From: Neodothiora populina | Lineage: Eukaryota | DNA: 64,000 nucleotides | Assembly: GCF_041146345.1 (NCBI RefSeq) | Contig: NW_027191417.1 | Location: 1,240,001-1,304,000 of the forward strand | Direction of reading: 5' to 3' | Shown: positions 38,232 through 50,192 of the stretch, one piece after another | How positions within the stretch are numbered: position 1 is the stretch's first letter | How the letters are laid out: the number at the start of each line of letters is the position of its first letter | Position numbers and translations under genes: made by a program | Notes under the pieces: model-generated | Databases searched by the model: none | Seen by the model: the letters and a program-made list of their open reading frames with translations, nothing else | Told to the model about the DNA's origin: nothing

Positions 38232-38519
38232 CTTCTCTCCGTCTTCTCTTTTTGTGAAAGGCTTGTAGTGTAGTGTAGTGTACTGTAGTTGTATATGGAC
38301 TACAGTGAATGAAAACAAAGAAAACTCCCCGTGGAAATCGCTTTCCTCCTGTTTCTTTACCCCTCAGCCGCTTCTTTTGTATATCATTAAATTTCCACAA
38401 TAACCCCCCTCTACCCCTCTTTTTGTACCCGCCATGATCAAGCTCGGGTGAGCAGAGATGACTCTCTCTGCCATATCTTGCAAATAAACAATGTGCCGGT
38501 CTGGTCCGCTCGAAAACAA

Positions 38520-39992
38520 CTACCAATGACAGATCCCACCATCACTGTCGTCCATCGACCACACGCCCGCGAGTCCCAACACCTGCACCTCCCCGCTGCC
38601 CTTCTCCCCGACTTTGCCCAGCCTGACTCCCGGCTCGACGAACCCGGGTCCGTTGTTGAGCAGTCTCCTGGCCCACGCGTCGATGGCTGGCTCTCCGGTT
38701 TCGTCGCGCGCTTGTTTCAAAAACGGAATCAAGGCCGTGCCGCCTGTGCCTCGGAGGTTCTTTCGTGTGCTGGCGTTGTCGTTACTGTCTGTCTTTACTG
38801 TTGCGATGTTGATCTTCTCCCGTCTGGGCATGGTTGTTTGTGACGACGCGGACGGGGGCGAGGACGAGCGCGCTGACTCTCGTGATTTGACGATGATGTA
38901 TCGTGACACCATCTGGATGTGCTTGTCGCGGAAGGCGCGCAGCATGGCTAGACATGCGTCGTACGCAGTCGCAAGACCGCGATCGTGGCGGTTGCGCGTG
39001 ACGAACTCGCGGATGTTGGCGATGCTTGAGACTTGCTCAAGGAAGCGGGCGTGTGGGCCCGGCATGTACGTTCGCATGTCCAGAAGAAAGTTTGACGAGG
39101 GCTTTTGCACAGCAGGAGGGGTGTTGGCGTTGGTGCCTGTGGGACGGTGCTCGACTCCCAAGACGAGGTCGAAGAATTGAATCACAGAGGATTGAGCATT
39201 GCTGCCACCGCTGTATTGCACGTATTTGTCTGAAGGGCTACCAGTATCGAAGAGCACGCCATCGGGAAGACCAGCTTCGGCCATGTTCTTGCTGCCGGCC
39301 AGGAATGGTCGGATACGGTGGTAGAAGATGTGCGGGTCGCAGTTCTCATACATGCGTACTAGCATGGAACCTAGCTCGTCTAGACGCTCGGCGAATGACC
39401 GTAGACACTCTGTCACTGTGTGCTTGTCTCCATTTCGTGCGGCTTGGATGGCGTGCAGCATCAACGGGATGATGGGTCCACTCCGCGCTTCGATGGCGAC
39501 TGATATGAGATAAAACCACGACTCGTCTAACGAACCGGTGAATGTGGTGAGGGTTGCTAGGTTCTCTAATGAGTCGATTGGTTCCTCGTCGAACAGAGGT
39601 CGGTAATTCCAAAGTACAACACCGGCATAGGTGGCGACGACAGGCAGTTCCAGTCTCTTGCACGTGGCTACGAATGGTATCGATATGCTCTGTGGTACGA
39701 TGTTGAGAGGGCGATCGCCACCCCAGATGTAGGCATGAGACATGAAGGCCAGCATCATGTACGCTCGTCGCCATTCTGCATCCGTGCGTAGCCGGTCTGT
39801 GGATAACACCCGTAGGTCGTCGATCACGCCTCGTAATCGTTTGCTGAGGATGAGTGCTTGTAGGTTGCGGACCACATTCTCCCATGGTCGATAGTAAGAG
39901 TCCGGTAGGATCTCTAACGGGCACTCTGAAGGAAGGAACCCATACAACTCGGAGACATCATAGTCGGCCAATCGAGGGATTGAGGGTATCAT
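38520..39992 (-). CDS. Indoleamine 2,3-dioxygenase (Bna2-like), single exon, 490 aa
   Basis: YGFLP, HAYIWG, TFTGSLDESWFYLISVAIE, FYHRIRPFLAGSKN, YSGGSNAQSS, MRTYMPGPH, FRDKHIQMVSRYI (haem His), GTGGTALIPFLK. Confidence 0.95.
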   Translation of the reverse strand: MIPSIPRLADYDVSELYGFLPSECPLEILPDSYYRPWENVVRNLQALILSKRLRGVIDDLRVLSTDRLRTDAEWRRAYMMLAFMSHAYIWGGDRPLNIVPQSISIPFVATCKRLELPVVATYAGVVLWNYRPLFDEEPIDSLENLATLTTFTGSLDESWFYLISVAIEARSGPIIPLMLHAIQAARNGDKHTVTECLRSFAERLDELGSMLVRMYENCDPHIFYHRIRPFLAGSKNMAEAGLPDGVLFDTGSPSDKYVQYSGGSNAQSSVIQFFDLVLGVEHRPTGTNANTPPAVQKPSSNFLLDMRTYMPGPHARFLEQVSSIANIREFVTRNRHDRGLATAYDACLAMLRAFRDKHIQMVSRYIIVKSRESARSSSPPSASSQTTMPRREKINIATVKTDSNDNASTRKNLRGTGGTALIPFLKQARDETGEPAIDAWARRLLNNGPGFVEPGVRLGKVGEKGSGEVQVLGLAGVWSMDDSDGGICHW

Positions 39993-42054
39993 CGAAGAGA
40001 TTCAAGGGGTGGCAAGCCCAGAATGCCTATATGCTCGGATGCTTTTGCGTTGATGCAGTCGGAGGTGTAGATGGGATCGTGCGAGTATCCAGTACTGTTT
40101 CTTGCGCTAGCTCTCTCGCCGAGTTATGTGTTGTGATGTGTTACCGGGGGACCGGAGACTGGTCTCGTGCTACAGTAGCAGAAAGATAACTGTCCCGGCG
40201 GGGTACGGTATACAGCGTGGGGTAGACAGAAAAAAGTTTGAGATTGAGAGGCCGTGGGGGGGGGGCACCGTAGATTGTTGAACGATTTGTTTTGGTTGGC
40301 TCAGGCGAAATGGACAAGAGGATGTTTTGGCTCGAGTCTGGACGGTACAATACAAGTACTTTCGCAAAGGCAAGTTTGTTGATGGTGGGGGAGGGGTTAG
40401 TATTATTTGGGGGCGGTAGCGGATGCGAGGCAAGTCCGTTCTATGATGAATGGTTAAACTACTTTTTTTATGTCCGGGTGGAGGCAATTACGAATGCGTC
40501 GAGATCGCACACTTTGGTCGATTTATTACAGGCACACCGGGCTGATGCGGGGCTGAGCGAAAGAGGGGACACAGGAGTTAGCAGAACGAAAGGCCGAGTG
40601 GATATTCGAAATCAGGCCAGTCACTCGTTGGAAAAGGTGATTGCTGAGAAAGCATCATGTAAAAAGTCAAGGCCGAGTTCGGCAGTGGCGGGGTTGTCGG
40701 TAAAAGAGAAGCGTTTCATAAGCCTAGAGAGCCGGACCTTGTAGCCTTCACCGTCATACCATCCTCTTTCTTGACTGTGAATAGTCATGCGTCACATAGC
40801 AGCGTCTCATCAGAATCGGCGCTATCTGTCATATACCTCGTGGATGAGAAATATCCCCCCATGGCTTTGCGGTTGAAGGTGGCTAAATTCAGTGTAAGCA
40901 ACATGACACACGGAGGTGAGGTAGTTTTACAGTACAAAGGCTTTCGTGCTGCAAAGCCAATATAAATTAGTGATTCGGCAGTGTCAACGCGCCCGCATGA
41001 CATGCTTTTTACCCTGATCCAATTGACAGATGCGAGATCCAGATCCCGCGTCGATCACTGCTTCCAGAAACTCGAGGCCGCACGAGCCATGTGCTTGCAT
41101 GCGCGCGTTCTTGTACTGTAGTGTTCTTGCCATAAAATCTGTACAAGCACCGTAGTCAAGCTAGGTAAGGTAGTTGTGCACTCGTGCCGATTGCACTGTA
41201 CTGCGAATACATTTACATCAGACTTATAGTGACTGCGTTGCAAAGGCAATCGCTGCTTGTTGGTTCTTCATGCCTTCTTCTTGCCACACGCTCAGTCGCC
41301 GTCAGCTGTGATTCCTCTGGATACCCCTCTACTTTGATCACGATGTCTCTGCGCCGGCTTCGCACGGAACGAGCTATCTCCGGTCACACGAAAACAGGCT
41401 ACTTTGCTGGACCATTGCATTTGTGACATGTAGCAGTCCCAATTGAGGTTGCATCAAAGGTGTGAGATCATCGACCACCGCTGTCGTCCGTCGCAAGTAC
41501 GGCGGGTCTGATTTGCTGCTCACACTGGACACCGCTTCTCTGTCTGCTCATGAGTGCTATGAGTCGCATAGGATTGACGGAGAGTAGGGCTCTGTCTGAA
41601 TGAATTGTTGTATCTCCTGATCTTTGTTCGTAGCTGCTGCCTGTACTCTAGTGCTCATAGGGGGATGCTCATAGCATCTAGATCTTTCATCCTCTAAATA
41701 TCCACGCAGCATCTTTCCGATAGCGTGTCCGATAGACGCTCCAGTGACGATGGTGATGGGCTACTTTCGCCATTCGCGGTTCCTTGAAGCTTAAGTCGGC
41801 GTGCGACTGAAAATCACAATGTCGCCGAAGGAACAACTTGCTAGTCTATTGAGGTAGGTATCGCACCCACCCAAGCTCCGATCAACGTGCTTAACGAGGC
41901 CCCAAGGACCTCGTCTACAAATGCGTTAAGAGGAGATGAGCAACGAGGCATATGTTCATTGTAAGGCGAATTCAATTTACAGACTCAACAAAATGACATG
42001 ATTTGATTTGCTTGATCTGGTCGGACCTTTGCCTCATAGATCAGATGGTCACGA

Positions 42055-42884
42055 TCATATGCCTGATCTGATTGCACCCTCGAGCCATGCCACGCCACTC
42101 ACAACACCATCCACAATCCTGACCCTTTTGCCTTTGGCCTCTCCCAGTTCTTCAACGCATGCCTCTCTGACCATCTCGTCCATGCCTGCCATGCCTGCGC
42201 AACCAAGACAGATAGCACCCACTTCCCCCTTGCCATCCCTTGCACCAGATCGCAGCAATCGCGTCACGGCATCTTTCATGCGCCTGCGAACCTCTTCGGC
42301 CGGCGTATCATGCAACTCAATCGCACTGAGGCCCGTCGTCTCAACGCCTGCAAAGCGCTGCTTGACTGTTCCGCCGTCGACGCCCAGGTAGGCCATGACT
42401 GCATCGGTGAGTATCTCCTCCCAGACCTTGCCTGTGCTCACGATGCCGAATCGCTCATCGGGGTGGATGGCTTGCAGACTCGTGCTCACAGACGCTTCGA
42501 AAATGCCCGTCACCAGCTTGTTAGACTTTAGGATCTCGGTTCGGCTTTTCAAGATGGGCACTAATGGGTGCTGCGAGTAGCAGCAGACGAGAAATGCATC
42601 GTGCTTGTCCAGCAGAGGAATCATTTCTGGCAGACAGTGTTTGGCTGATTCTGCAGCATCGTCTTCATTGTTGATTGATTTTGGTCCTGATGATGCCGTG
42701 AAGTATGAGTGTTCGGTCTATTTTGCTAACTTAGCCTTTGTTTTGTTCAATGTTATGATTTCGCTATACGCACTGTTGAGAAGCCTAGTAGTTCCACCAG
42801 AGGCTTGAGCGCATTTGTCATAGAGCTCGTTGAGTTCGGATTGATAATGAGTATCGAGCGCGAGGGATGCGATAGTTGTGTCAT
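42055..42884 (-). CDS. Hydantoin racemase / Dcg1-like Asp/Glu/hydantoin racemase family protein, two exons
   Basis: ILIINPNSTSSMT, GPKSINN, AFLVCCYSQHPLV, TGIFEAS, FGIVSTG, AICLGCAGMAG (both catalytic Cys regions), IVDGV. Confidence 0.9.
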
Positions 42885-44489
42885 CTTGCCTACTGTCGCT
42901 GGAGTACGCTTGTTGCGATGTTATGATTTGATTGAAAAAATATTTCTATGGCTGGAGTGAATAGAATATGTACGATAACTTTGTAGGCGAGGAGCGGCGG
43001 GCTCCGCCTACGCCAAAAAGTACAAGATTACATGTGTGGAATTACTTGTTCTATTGACCTCTTCTCTGCAATATTGACCTCTGATCCTGTGGTACACGAT
43101 ACATCATTTCCTGGACAACACGCTCTATCATTGATACGGAAGCGCTTCTTCGTTTGTTGCAACCATACTTGTAGCCGTACTCCTCGTTGTCTTCTGTGAC
43201 GCCGTCAGTCTCCATCAAGGTGGAGATGATGTTGAGCAATTGTGAAATGAGTACCTACCTGCCATGAACTTGCAACATAACGCAAACATCCACTACAGCT
43301 AGAGCACTACCCGCGATAGCTCTGACGTTCTCGAGTGCAGTGTACTACGAAAACGTTTGTTTTCTCTAGGCGATCTAGTAAGATGTAGCGCTGAACGTGA
43401 AGCCTGGACTCTCCATATCATGTAGGCGGCGCGTCCATGTATAGGACAGATGCGAATGCGCATCATGGGGCAACTCTCGGGAGCTATTTCCTGAACCTCA
43501 GACGTGCCATCTGGTGCACTTGGGATTCATGCACGTGTGCTTGCGTCTGCGACTCGTCAGCAAGTCATCTACGATCGCTAGATTATCCTTTCGAGCCCTT
43601 GTAGGGCAACCCTGTCCATCTGCAACTCGATAGTCAACAACGAGATAAAACCCACCTCACATTCTTCTTCGTCCGACCAAGTATATCCTTGGGCTCCGTG
43701 TTATTGTTATACGGCGTCCAAACACCGACAAAGTCCGAAATTGTCATTCCAGCGAAAGTTCCTTGATCTGCATAGCCGGTGCACTTGTAGACGAAGTACG
43801 TCGCGATGGGCGAGACGCGCATGTTGCGCCAGAACCGTAGAGTCTATCTCCAGACGGCGACGGAGTTGAAGGAGAAGATCATGTTTCAGTGGGAGGTAGG
43901 TCGAGATTAGGAATGAGGCGATGGAGGTGGTCCTGTTAGATGTAGTATTGGGATATCGAGGGCAATCATGTTCAAAACTGTGGCATACTCGGACTCCGGT
44001 AATCCAACGCGACTTCCTCAATAGCACATACTTTGAGCGCCCAAGGCAAGCTACAGCAAGGTACCTCCTTGCCCCTTATTTTGAAGATGTAGTTGTCCAT
44101 GATCATCACACAATGCGCGTTCACTGTGATAATGAGGTACAATTTTCGAGAGCTGAAAACTCGTTGTATTACGGTATTTGGATTAATGTGAACCCGTCCG
44201 CTATCTGATCAAAACGCCCTTTCCATGCAAAAATACTAAACGATCGCTATGCTTGTTATTTTGAACTGTTAATGCTGTATATAAAGGAGAGTCGTGATCA
44301 TATGATCGTCCATTGAAGGTAATCTTTAAGTTGGCGTAAAATGAAGGGTTTGCAATTGCTTGCAATGAGACCCTTGTTTCTTCTACCTCGGAAGGAGGGA
44401 GGAGGAGGAGGCAACGAACAGTAGCAATTTTGTTTTCGTGTCTTTGGTCTCGTGAGTTGTGACAAGATAACTTTGAAAGTTAAGGTGGA

Positions 44490-46205
44490 TTACAAAAGGT
44501 AGGCCACACCGACAGCACCACCCAAGAGCGCCACGATTTCCTTTGCGTAGCCTCTAGTCGCAGTGGCAGCGCCGGTCTGAAGGGCGGGTGGTGGAGCGGA
44601 GGTAGAAGATGCCGGAGCAGCTTCACTTGTGGCTGTCGCCGCAGCAGCTCCGCCGATGATAGCAAAAGAGGTAACAGTGCTGTGTTGTCCATCGGCTGCG
44701 GTGACAGTCTCGAGGACAAGCGAACTGACCGCACCACCTCTCGGGGTGTATGTGGTGATAAAGGTACTGCCCCTGGCGTCTGTGGCTGTAATAACTGCGC
44801 CATAGCTTGCGTCAGAGAGAACAACAGTGTTTCCTAGAGAGTCTGTGGTCGTAACATCGGGCACATCGTTGCTCGAGGCGCCGGAAGACTTGGGGGCCGC
44901 GGCTTCGGTGATGACGGAGCCACCGTTTGCGAGTCTGACACTAGCTACAGCAGAGGTGGTCATGACCACAGAGCCCTGAGCGTTTGTTGTGGTGACGACA
45001 ACACCTGGGAAACGAGAAGAGGTAGTGATAGTCTCGCCTCTTGAGTTTGTTGTGGTGTAGGTCTGGTCCACACTGACCGAGGCGGAAGCTTGCAGAGCAG
45101 AAGTTGTAGCTGACACGGTATTGCCTTCGGAGTTGGTTGTGGCGATGACCAATGGAACGATGATGCCACTTGCTTCCCTCGAGCTGGATGAACCAGATAA
45201 AGTACCAGAAGAGATGACAGCTCCAGTACTAACAGTGCTGCTGCCTGCAGAGTTGGTGGTTGTGGCCGTGGTCGAATCGGGAACAGAGATGGCGGACGAC
45301 ACCGTGACCGAGGATGCAGTTGTGCTTCCTTGAGAATTCGTGGTCGTGACAGGAACAACTGTTGATGAGATGGAGCTGGCCTGCTCAGAAGAAGAAGAAG
45401 AAGAAGAAGAGCCTAAGGCAGATGAGCTGGTGCCAGAAGACGAAGCGGTACCAGACGATGAAGCAACAGAAGAAGCAGCAGACGAAGCAGAGGACGAAGC
45501 AGCGGAGGAGACATCGGACGAAGAAGCAGAAGACGCATCGGAGGAAGAAGCAGAAGACGAGTCGGTCGATACAGTGGACGGAGACGAGCCCTGCACAGTA
45601 GAGGCCGAACTTGACACTTGCACGGAAACAGACGAACTCGCTGTAGCTTGCGAGGACGCCGACGACGACGCGGAAGAATCGGACTGGGAAGACACACTGC
45701 TGCTCTCACCTGTAGTAGTAGTCTCCGCAGTGGACGTAGGGGAGGCGGTTGAAGAAGGCGACTCGGTGGTAAAGGACAAGGCCGAAGTGGAAGAGTCAGT
45801 AACCAGAATAGGGACAGTCGAGGTTCCATCGGTGCTCGTTGGAGCATCTGAGCTTGAGCTCGACACCACGGTAGAGTTCGAAACCTGTCTCTTCCGTAGC
45901 TCGACCCTCACGGCGACGTCGTGTTTGGCGATTTCCACCAGTCTCGAAGCCAGGGTTGGGTTCTCCTCATGAATATGTTCCAGCGCTCGCTGGTCCGCCT
46001 CGAATATTCCATCCTGATACTTGGGACCAAGGTGTCCCTCCAGTGCAGCGTGGAGTGACTCGGCCGGTAAGACATCCAGAAGCTCTCTGAAATCGCCGGT
46101 GGTCGAAAAGTCCAGCTTAGATTCGCTAGGCTCCGGTTGGCCTTGCGCCAAGGCAATGAACATACATTGAGCCCCGACTAGGAGAAGCGAACGAACGGAT
46201 GGCAT
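44490..46205 (-). CDS. Secreted Ser/Thr-rich, probably GPI-anchored cell-surface protein, 571 aa
   Basis: Signal peptide (MPSVRSLLLVGAQCMFIALAQG), Kex2-like RKR|Q, S/T-rich body, hydrophobic C-terminus IVALLGGAVGVAYLL after LQTGAA. Confidence 0.85.
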   Translation of the reverse strand: MPSVRSLLLVGAQCMFIALAQGQPEPSESKLDFSTTGDFRELLDVLPAESLHAALEGHLGPKYQDGIFEADQRALEHIHEENPTLASRLVEIAKHDVAVRVELRKRQVSNSTVVSSSSSDAPTSTDGTSTVPILVTDSSTSALSFTTESPSSTASPTSTAETTTTGESSSVSSQSDSSASSSASSQATASSSVSVQVSSSASTVQGSSPSTVSTDSSSASSSDASSASSSDVSSAASSSASSAASSVASSSGTASSSGTSSSALGSSSSSSSSEQASSISSTVVPVTTTNSQGSTTASSVTVSSAISVPDSTTATTTNSAGSSTVSTGAVISSGTLSGSSSSREASGIIVPLVIATTNSEGNTVSATTSALQASASVSVDQTYTTTNSRGETITTSSRFPGVVVTTTNAQGSVVMTTSAVASVRLANGGSVITEAAAPKSSGASSNDVPDVTTTDSLGNTVVLSDASYGAVITATDARGSTFITTYTPRGGAVSSLVLETVTAADGQHSTVTSFAIIGGAAAATATSEAAPASSTSAPPPALQTGAATATRGYAKEIVALLGGAVGVAYLL

Positions 46206-48050
46206 CGTAGGGCGATATGGCCGGTGTCCAGTAAACAGAGGTCGTAGGTCGGCTGTGTAGAATGTTAGGCCATGAGAAAGTGGTTACCAAGGAAATGAGA
46301 ACCGACTTATGAGGTATTAAACCGCCCAGGATGCGAACAAGGAAACCCGCCAGGAGTAGACTTGGTTGCAATAAGCCCGAAGCTATACTATTTGATACAA
46401 TGCTTTGACAGCCCTAACGGTCGATCTGTGGCTTTGCGATGGCACAGTAATGGTAGTACCGTACAGTGCCTGGGTCGACAAATGCAGAGCAATTTGATTA
46501 TATGAATATCACAAGCGACAGTGGTGATTGAAGCGAATAAAAATGCAGGAAACAAAAGTATTCACGAGTTGGGAAAATAGCCAAAAGTACCCAAGGATGA
46601 CTTTCTCGACGACGAGCATGGAAAGTTCACGGCACGGAATGCGTGCGCCACACGGTCTAACCTTAGTATTAGCGTAGGTCAACTATGGCCTCGCGCTGCC
46701 TTGTTGACGAATCATGGACAATGGGAAGACCTTGGCCATTGCTAGTATGCAACGTCACTGGATGATGCTTGCACCTTGTCCGCTTTTCTCTTGCGGACGA
46801 TCGTGACTTGGTACCTGTCTATCTCAACATTGGTTCGAGAGTAGTCTTCCCCAGATATAGTATAACCGCTCGCTGTAGTCGGTATCGACCTTTCGCTTTA
46901 TTTCCTTTGCCTTTTCCCAGCATAGTCATCCATGAAGACCATCAGCATGGACTTTCCACGATCACACCAGGATTAATTTCTCGCGATGACATCCATAGCA
47001 TCCGACGCGCACGGTGCTTACTCAACGTGACGGCACAACATGCCCTTGACGTTATCCCGTCCTGCAGAAAGCAAGGACTTTCCCCACCCAAAACGGTTAC
47101 AAATCGAAGCGTATCGACAGGACTTTTTCCCCAGTCAAGACGTTTCGAGGCTGCAAAAGGCCGACAATCCTTGTCTGCTGTTCTCGACGTGTGCACTCAC
47201 GACAAGCACCCGATGCTGCGGTGCAGCAGGCTGGCTGTGCATATCCTAAGTATAGAGGCCCCTCTTCTGCCGGTGCTCCGTGGCATCCTCGATCACTCTA
47301 CCAATCGTAGCAGAGATGCCCCTCCGCCGGCAGAATCGGCCTCATCCTTGGGCGAACTACGAAGCTTGGCCTTACGTTTATACTGTGGTCTGGCCACCAC
47401 AACACCTCGATCACTCAGATCCTTCTTGAACTTCTCGTGTATCATGACCGTCAAGCTCGCATAAACCCGTCGTCCCATTATATCATATGCATGTGGTAAT
47501 GCAGCATGCAAAGTGCCGGTCCCGATTCATCGTATCATGTCACTGCCGTTACCACGTTCTTGCTTTTCTACAGATATTGTGTTTTGCTGCTATGGGACTC
47601 AGACATTCGGAGCAACAGAATGGCGAGCATTGTCATGGCCTAAAATACAGTACCTGCTTGTGCAAGTATTGTGTACGAAAACGTAAGCTTTCGATCCACC
47701 GCGGCCTTGTCCTGGACCTCGTGTCACGCGTAAGACTTGTATCTTTCCATCTACTGTACACGACAGCTGTGCTTTCCTTGCCAAGGAAGAAAATGACTCT
47801 GCCTTTTCTGCGTTCGCCCTCTTACGACCTAATTTGTGCCGACTCTGCCAATGATCTAGGTACTTGGTGTATGGTCTTATTATCGGTATTATCGATACCA
47901 AAGTTGATAAGAGTTTCGTCTGTGCACCGCAACGCAGACCACGCAAGCACCGCCTGATCACATGCCTACGCATGTAAGACTGCTGCGCTGTGACTGCTAT
48001 CCTGTACATGACTCCACTAACCTCGTATTCGCCAATTCACATGTACGAAA

Positions 48051-49514
48051 ATGAGCGTTCCAGAAATAGTCAGAGGTGAATTTGTTTTTCATGATGCATT
48101 CTTTGCTAGTGTTGGTGTTCTGAAGCGTCATCCACGAGCTTCAGTCGCGGAATTGACCACCCTTCTTCGTCCTGAAACCGCGCAGAAAAGCAATGCCGCC
48201 AAAGACCAAGTTGGCCATTGGTATGAAGCTCAGCTACTCCACTATGGATTGCCTAGGTCAAAGGACAAGAACACGGCCAAGATGCGGCTGTTGCAAGCTC
48301 TAAATCAGGGTTCATTGACCGTACCAGCTAACATCCGGGGCATCGAAACTGAGATGAGAAAGGAGTACACCGCAGCACAACGTAAAGCTAAAGCTCTGGA
48401 GAAAGTGCAAAACGCATCCTCTGCTGAGAAGACTCCGGCCAAAGGCAAAAAACGTAAGCAGGATGAAGCTGAGCATGCAGCTAGCACCAAGACGTCGATC
48501 AAGGTCAAAGTCGGTGATGTGACTTTTGACATTGAACAATTGAAAAGTAAAGCCAACAAGACCTCTACTACTGATCGATCCAATGTCAAGAAACAAAAGG
48601 CGGACAGCGTGAAGCCTGACCCGAAGGCAAAGCCCACTCCCAAGGACAAGCCTACTGGAAAGGATAAGCCCGCTCCAAAGGACAAGCCAGACCCAAAGGA
48701 CAAACCAGCTCCGAAGGCAAAGCCTGCTCCTAAGGAGAAGCCAGCACCCAAGGACAAGCTTGCTGCCAGCAAGAAAGCGTCTTCTGCTAAAGCCGATCTG
48801 AAGTCTGAAAGCAAATCGTCGTCCAAGATATCGTCGACGACGACCAAAGCCTCAAATCCTAAGACAGCTACAAAGAAGAAACAAACCGCTCCCTCTTCCG
48901 TCCTCGACGCGGCACGTTTTGCTCGTGAAAACAATTTACCTTATGACCCACCGCCGGCGCACACCGAGTTCGATGACTCCCAATGCTACGATGTCAATTC
49001 CGAGATGTACGATCGAGACAGTGACGTGTACGATGACGACTCCGGCGCTTACCACGACGACTTCCAGAGTCGCAACGAACCTCGCACTATCACCATCTCT
49101 GGATCATACACCTTGCACGTGCCACGAATCGAAGAGCAAGCACCAGGTAGCAGGCTGCGATTCGATCTCATAGTCGACAACCCGAATGGCAAAATCTGGG
49201 GCCGCTTCGACTTCTCTCTCAAAACCGGCATCATCCTAATCAGCGACATCCCCAGCGCCGCGAACAGAAACGCAACTTCCTTCGGCTGGCGCGCCACAGA
49301 CGAGTATGACGGCAGTCTCAAGTTCGGGAGCGGTTGTGATGGGACCATCGAATTCGATGGCGATGGCCTCGTACGCGGAGTCTTCTACGGCTTGATGAAT
49401 GGGGAAGACATTGAGTTCGAAGGCGAGAGGGAAGGTACTTGGTCTACGTCCGCTATTGCGCAGGACTTCGAAGTAGACTGGGACGATTACCCGCGCTTGG
49501 CGTATGGGAGGTGA
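48051..49514 (+). CDS. Uncharacterised 487-aa protein with Lys/Pro hexapeptide repeats
   Basis: Long single ORF with coding-like codon use. N-terminal globular region (HWYEAQLLHYGLP), NLS-like KGKKRK, repeats, acidic stretch, Gly/aromatic-rich C-terminal domain. Confidence 0.8.
   Translation: MSVPEIVRGEFVFHDAFFASVGVLKRHPRASVAELTTLLRPETAQKSNAAKDQVGHWYEAQLLHYGLPRSKDKNTAKMRLLQALNQGSLTVPANIRGIETEMRKEYTAAQRKAKALEKVQNASSAEKTPAKGKKRKQDEAEHAASTKTSIKVKVGDVTFDIEQLKSKANKTSTTDRSNVKKQKADSVKPDPKAKPTPKDKPTGKDKPAPKDKPDPKDKPAPKAKPAPKEKPAPKDKLAASKKASSAKADLKSESKSSSKISSTTTKASNPKTATKKKQTAPSSVLDAARFARENNLPYDPPPAHTEFDDSQCYDVNSEMYDRDSDVYDDDSGAYHDDFQSRNEPRTITISGSYTLHVPRIEEQAPGSRLRFDLIVDNPNGKIWGRFDFSLKTGIILISDIPSAANRNATSFGWRATDEYDGSLKFGSGCDGTIEFDGDGLVRGVFYGLMNGEDIEFEGEREGTWSTSAIAQDFEVDWDDYPRLAYGR
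48612..48761 (+). repeat. Degenerate 18-bp coding tandem repeat, ~8 copies (KP[A/D/T]PK[D/A/E])
   Basis: KPDPKA KPTPKD KPTGKD KPAPKD KPDPKD KPAPKA KPAPKE KPAPKD, with synonymous divergence between units. Confidence 0.85.
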
Positions 49515-50192
49515 AGTGCTGGGCACGACTGAGTTGTGCTTCTGCGAATGTACCTGACTTGCTCTTGGCGTTGGTGTGTGTATGGGGTTCAGTCGCGATA
49601 CCTCCTAGATAGGGATGAAGGACTCGTCACAGTTCCGTTGGGGACACGCCACCAACATGAGCCTGGCGCAGACCACCACTTGTATCCTATGCTACGAGTA
49701 CCAGTATTCAATGTGAATCACAGACATGATGTCTTCGTGACCTTCGAAAAGACGAAAAGAACCCCGGTATCCACCAAGCTGCAATTACAGTCATGAAAAC
49801 AAAACTTGATCATCAAGCCGTCCCTCGACATCATTGAATCGAATAATTGGAATTATGAGAGACCAAACCATTACTATATAACCCCTTTCCCGTCGTAGTC
49901 TTTCTCTCTTTCTTTCTCTTCTTTGCAGAAGAACATGAAGAAGATGTGTGTGAATATAGGTACAACAAATGTTTTTATCCTGTTACGTATGCGTGCATGT
50001 ATAGCATGTTCCCGTGTAGATCATATCCAAGCTGTGAAACGGCACAAAAAAAGTAAAATCTCATCTCCCCTGTTCCGTTTCGCATCGACATATAGTTTGG
50101 CAACTTTTCTCGCATGCGCGAGCGAGCTCTGCAAAATCTCCTCCCAATCGAAGGGGAAGAAACAGGACAGGATCGATTTCCGTTCTCGCTCT

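Noticed and set aside
46769..47464. 231-aa + strand ORF
   Set aside because: Non-ATG start, Arg/Ser/Leu-rich random composition and no domain signal.
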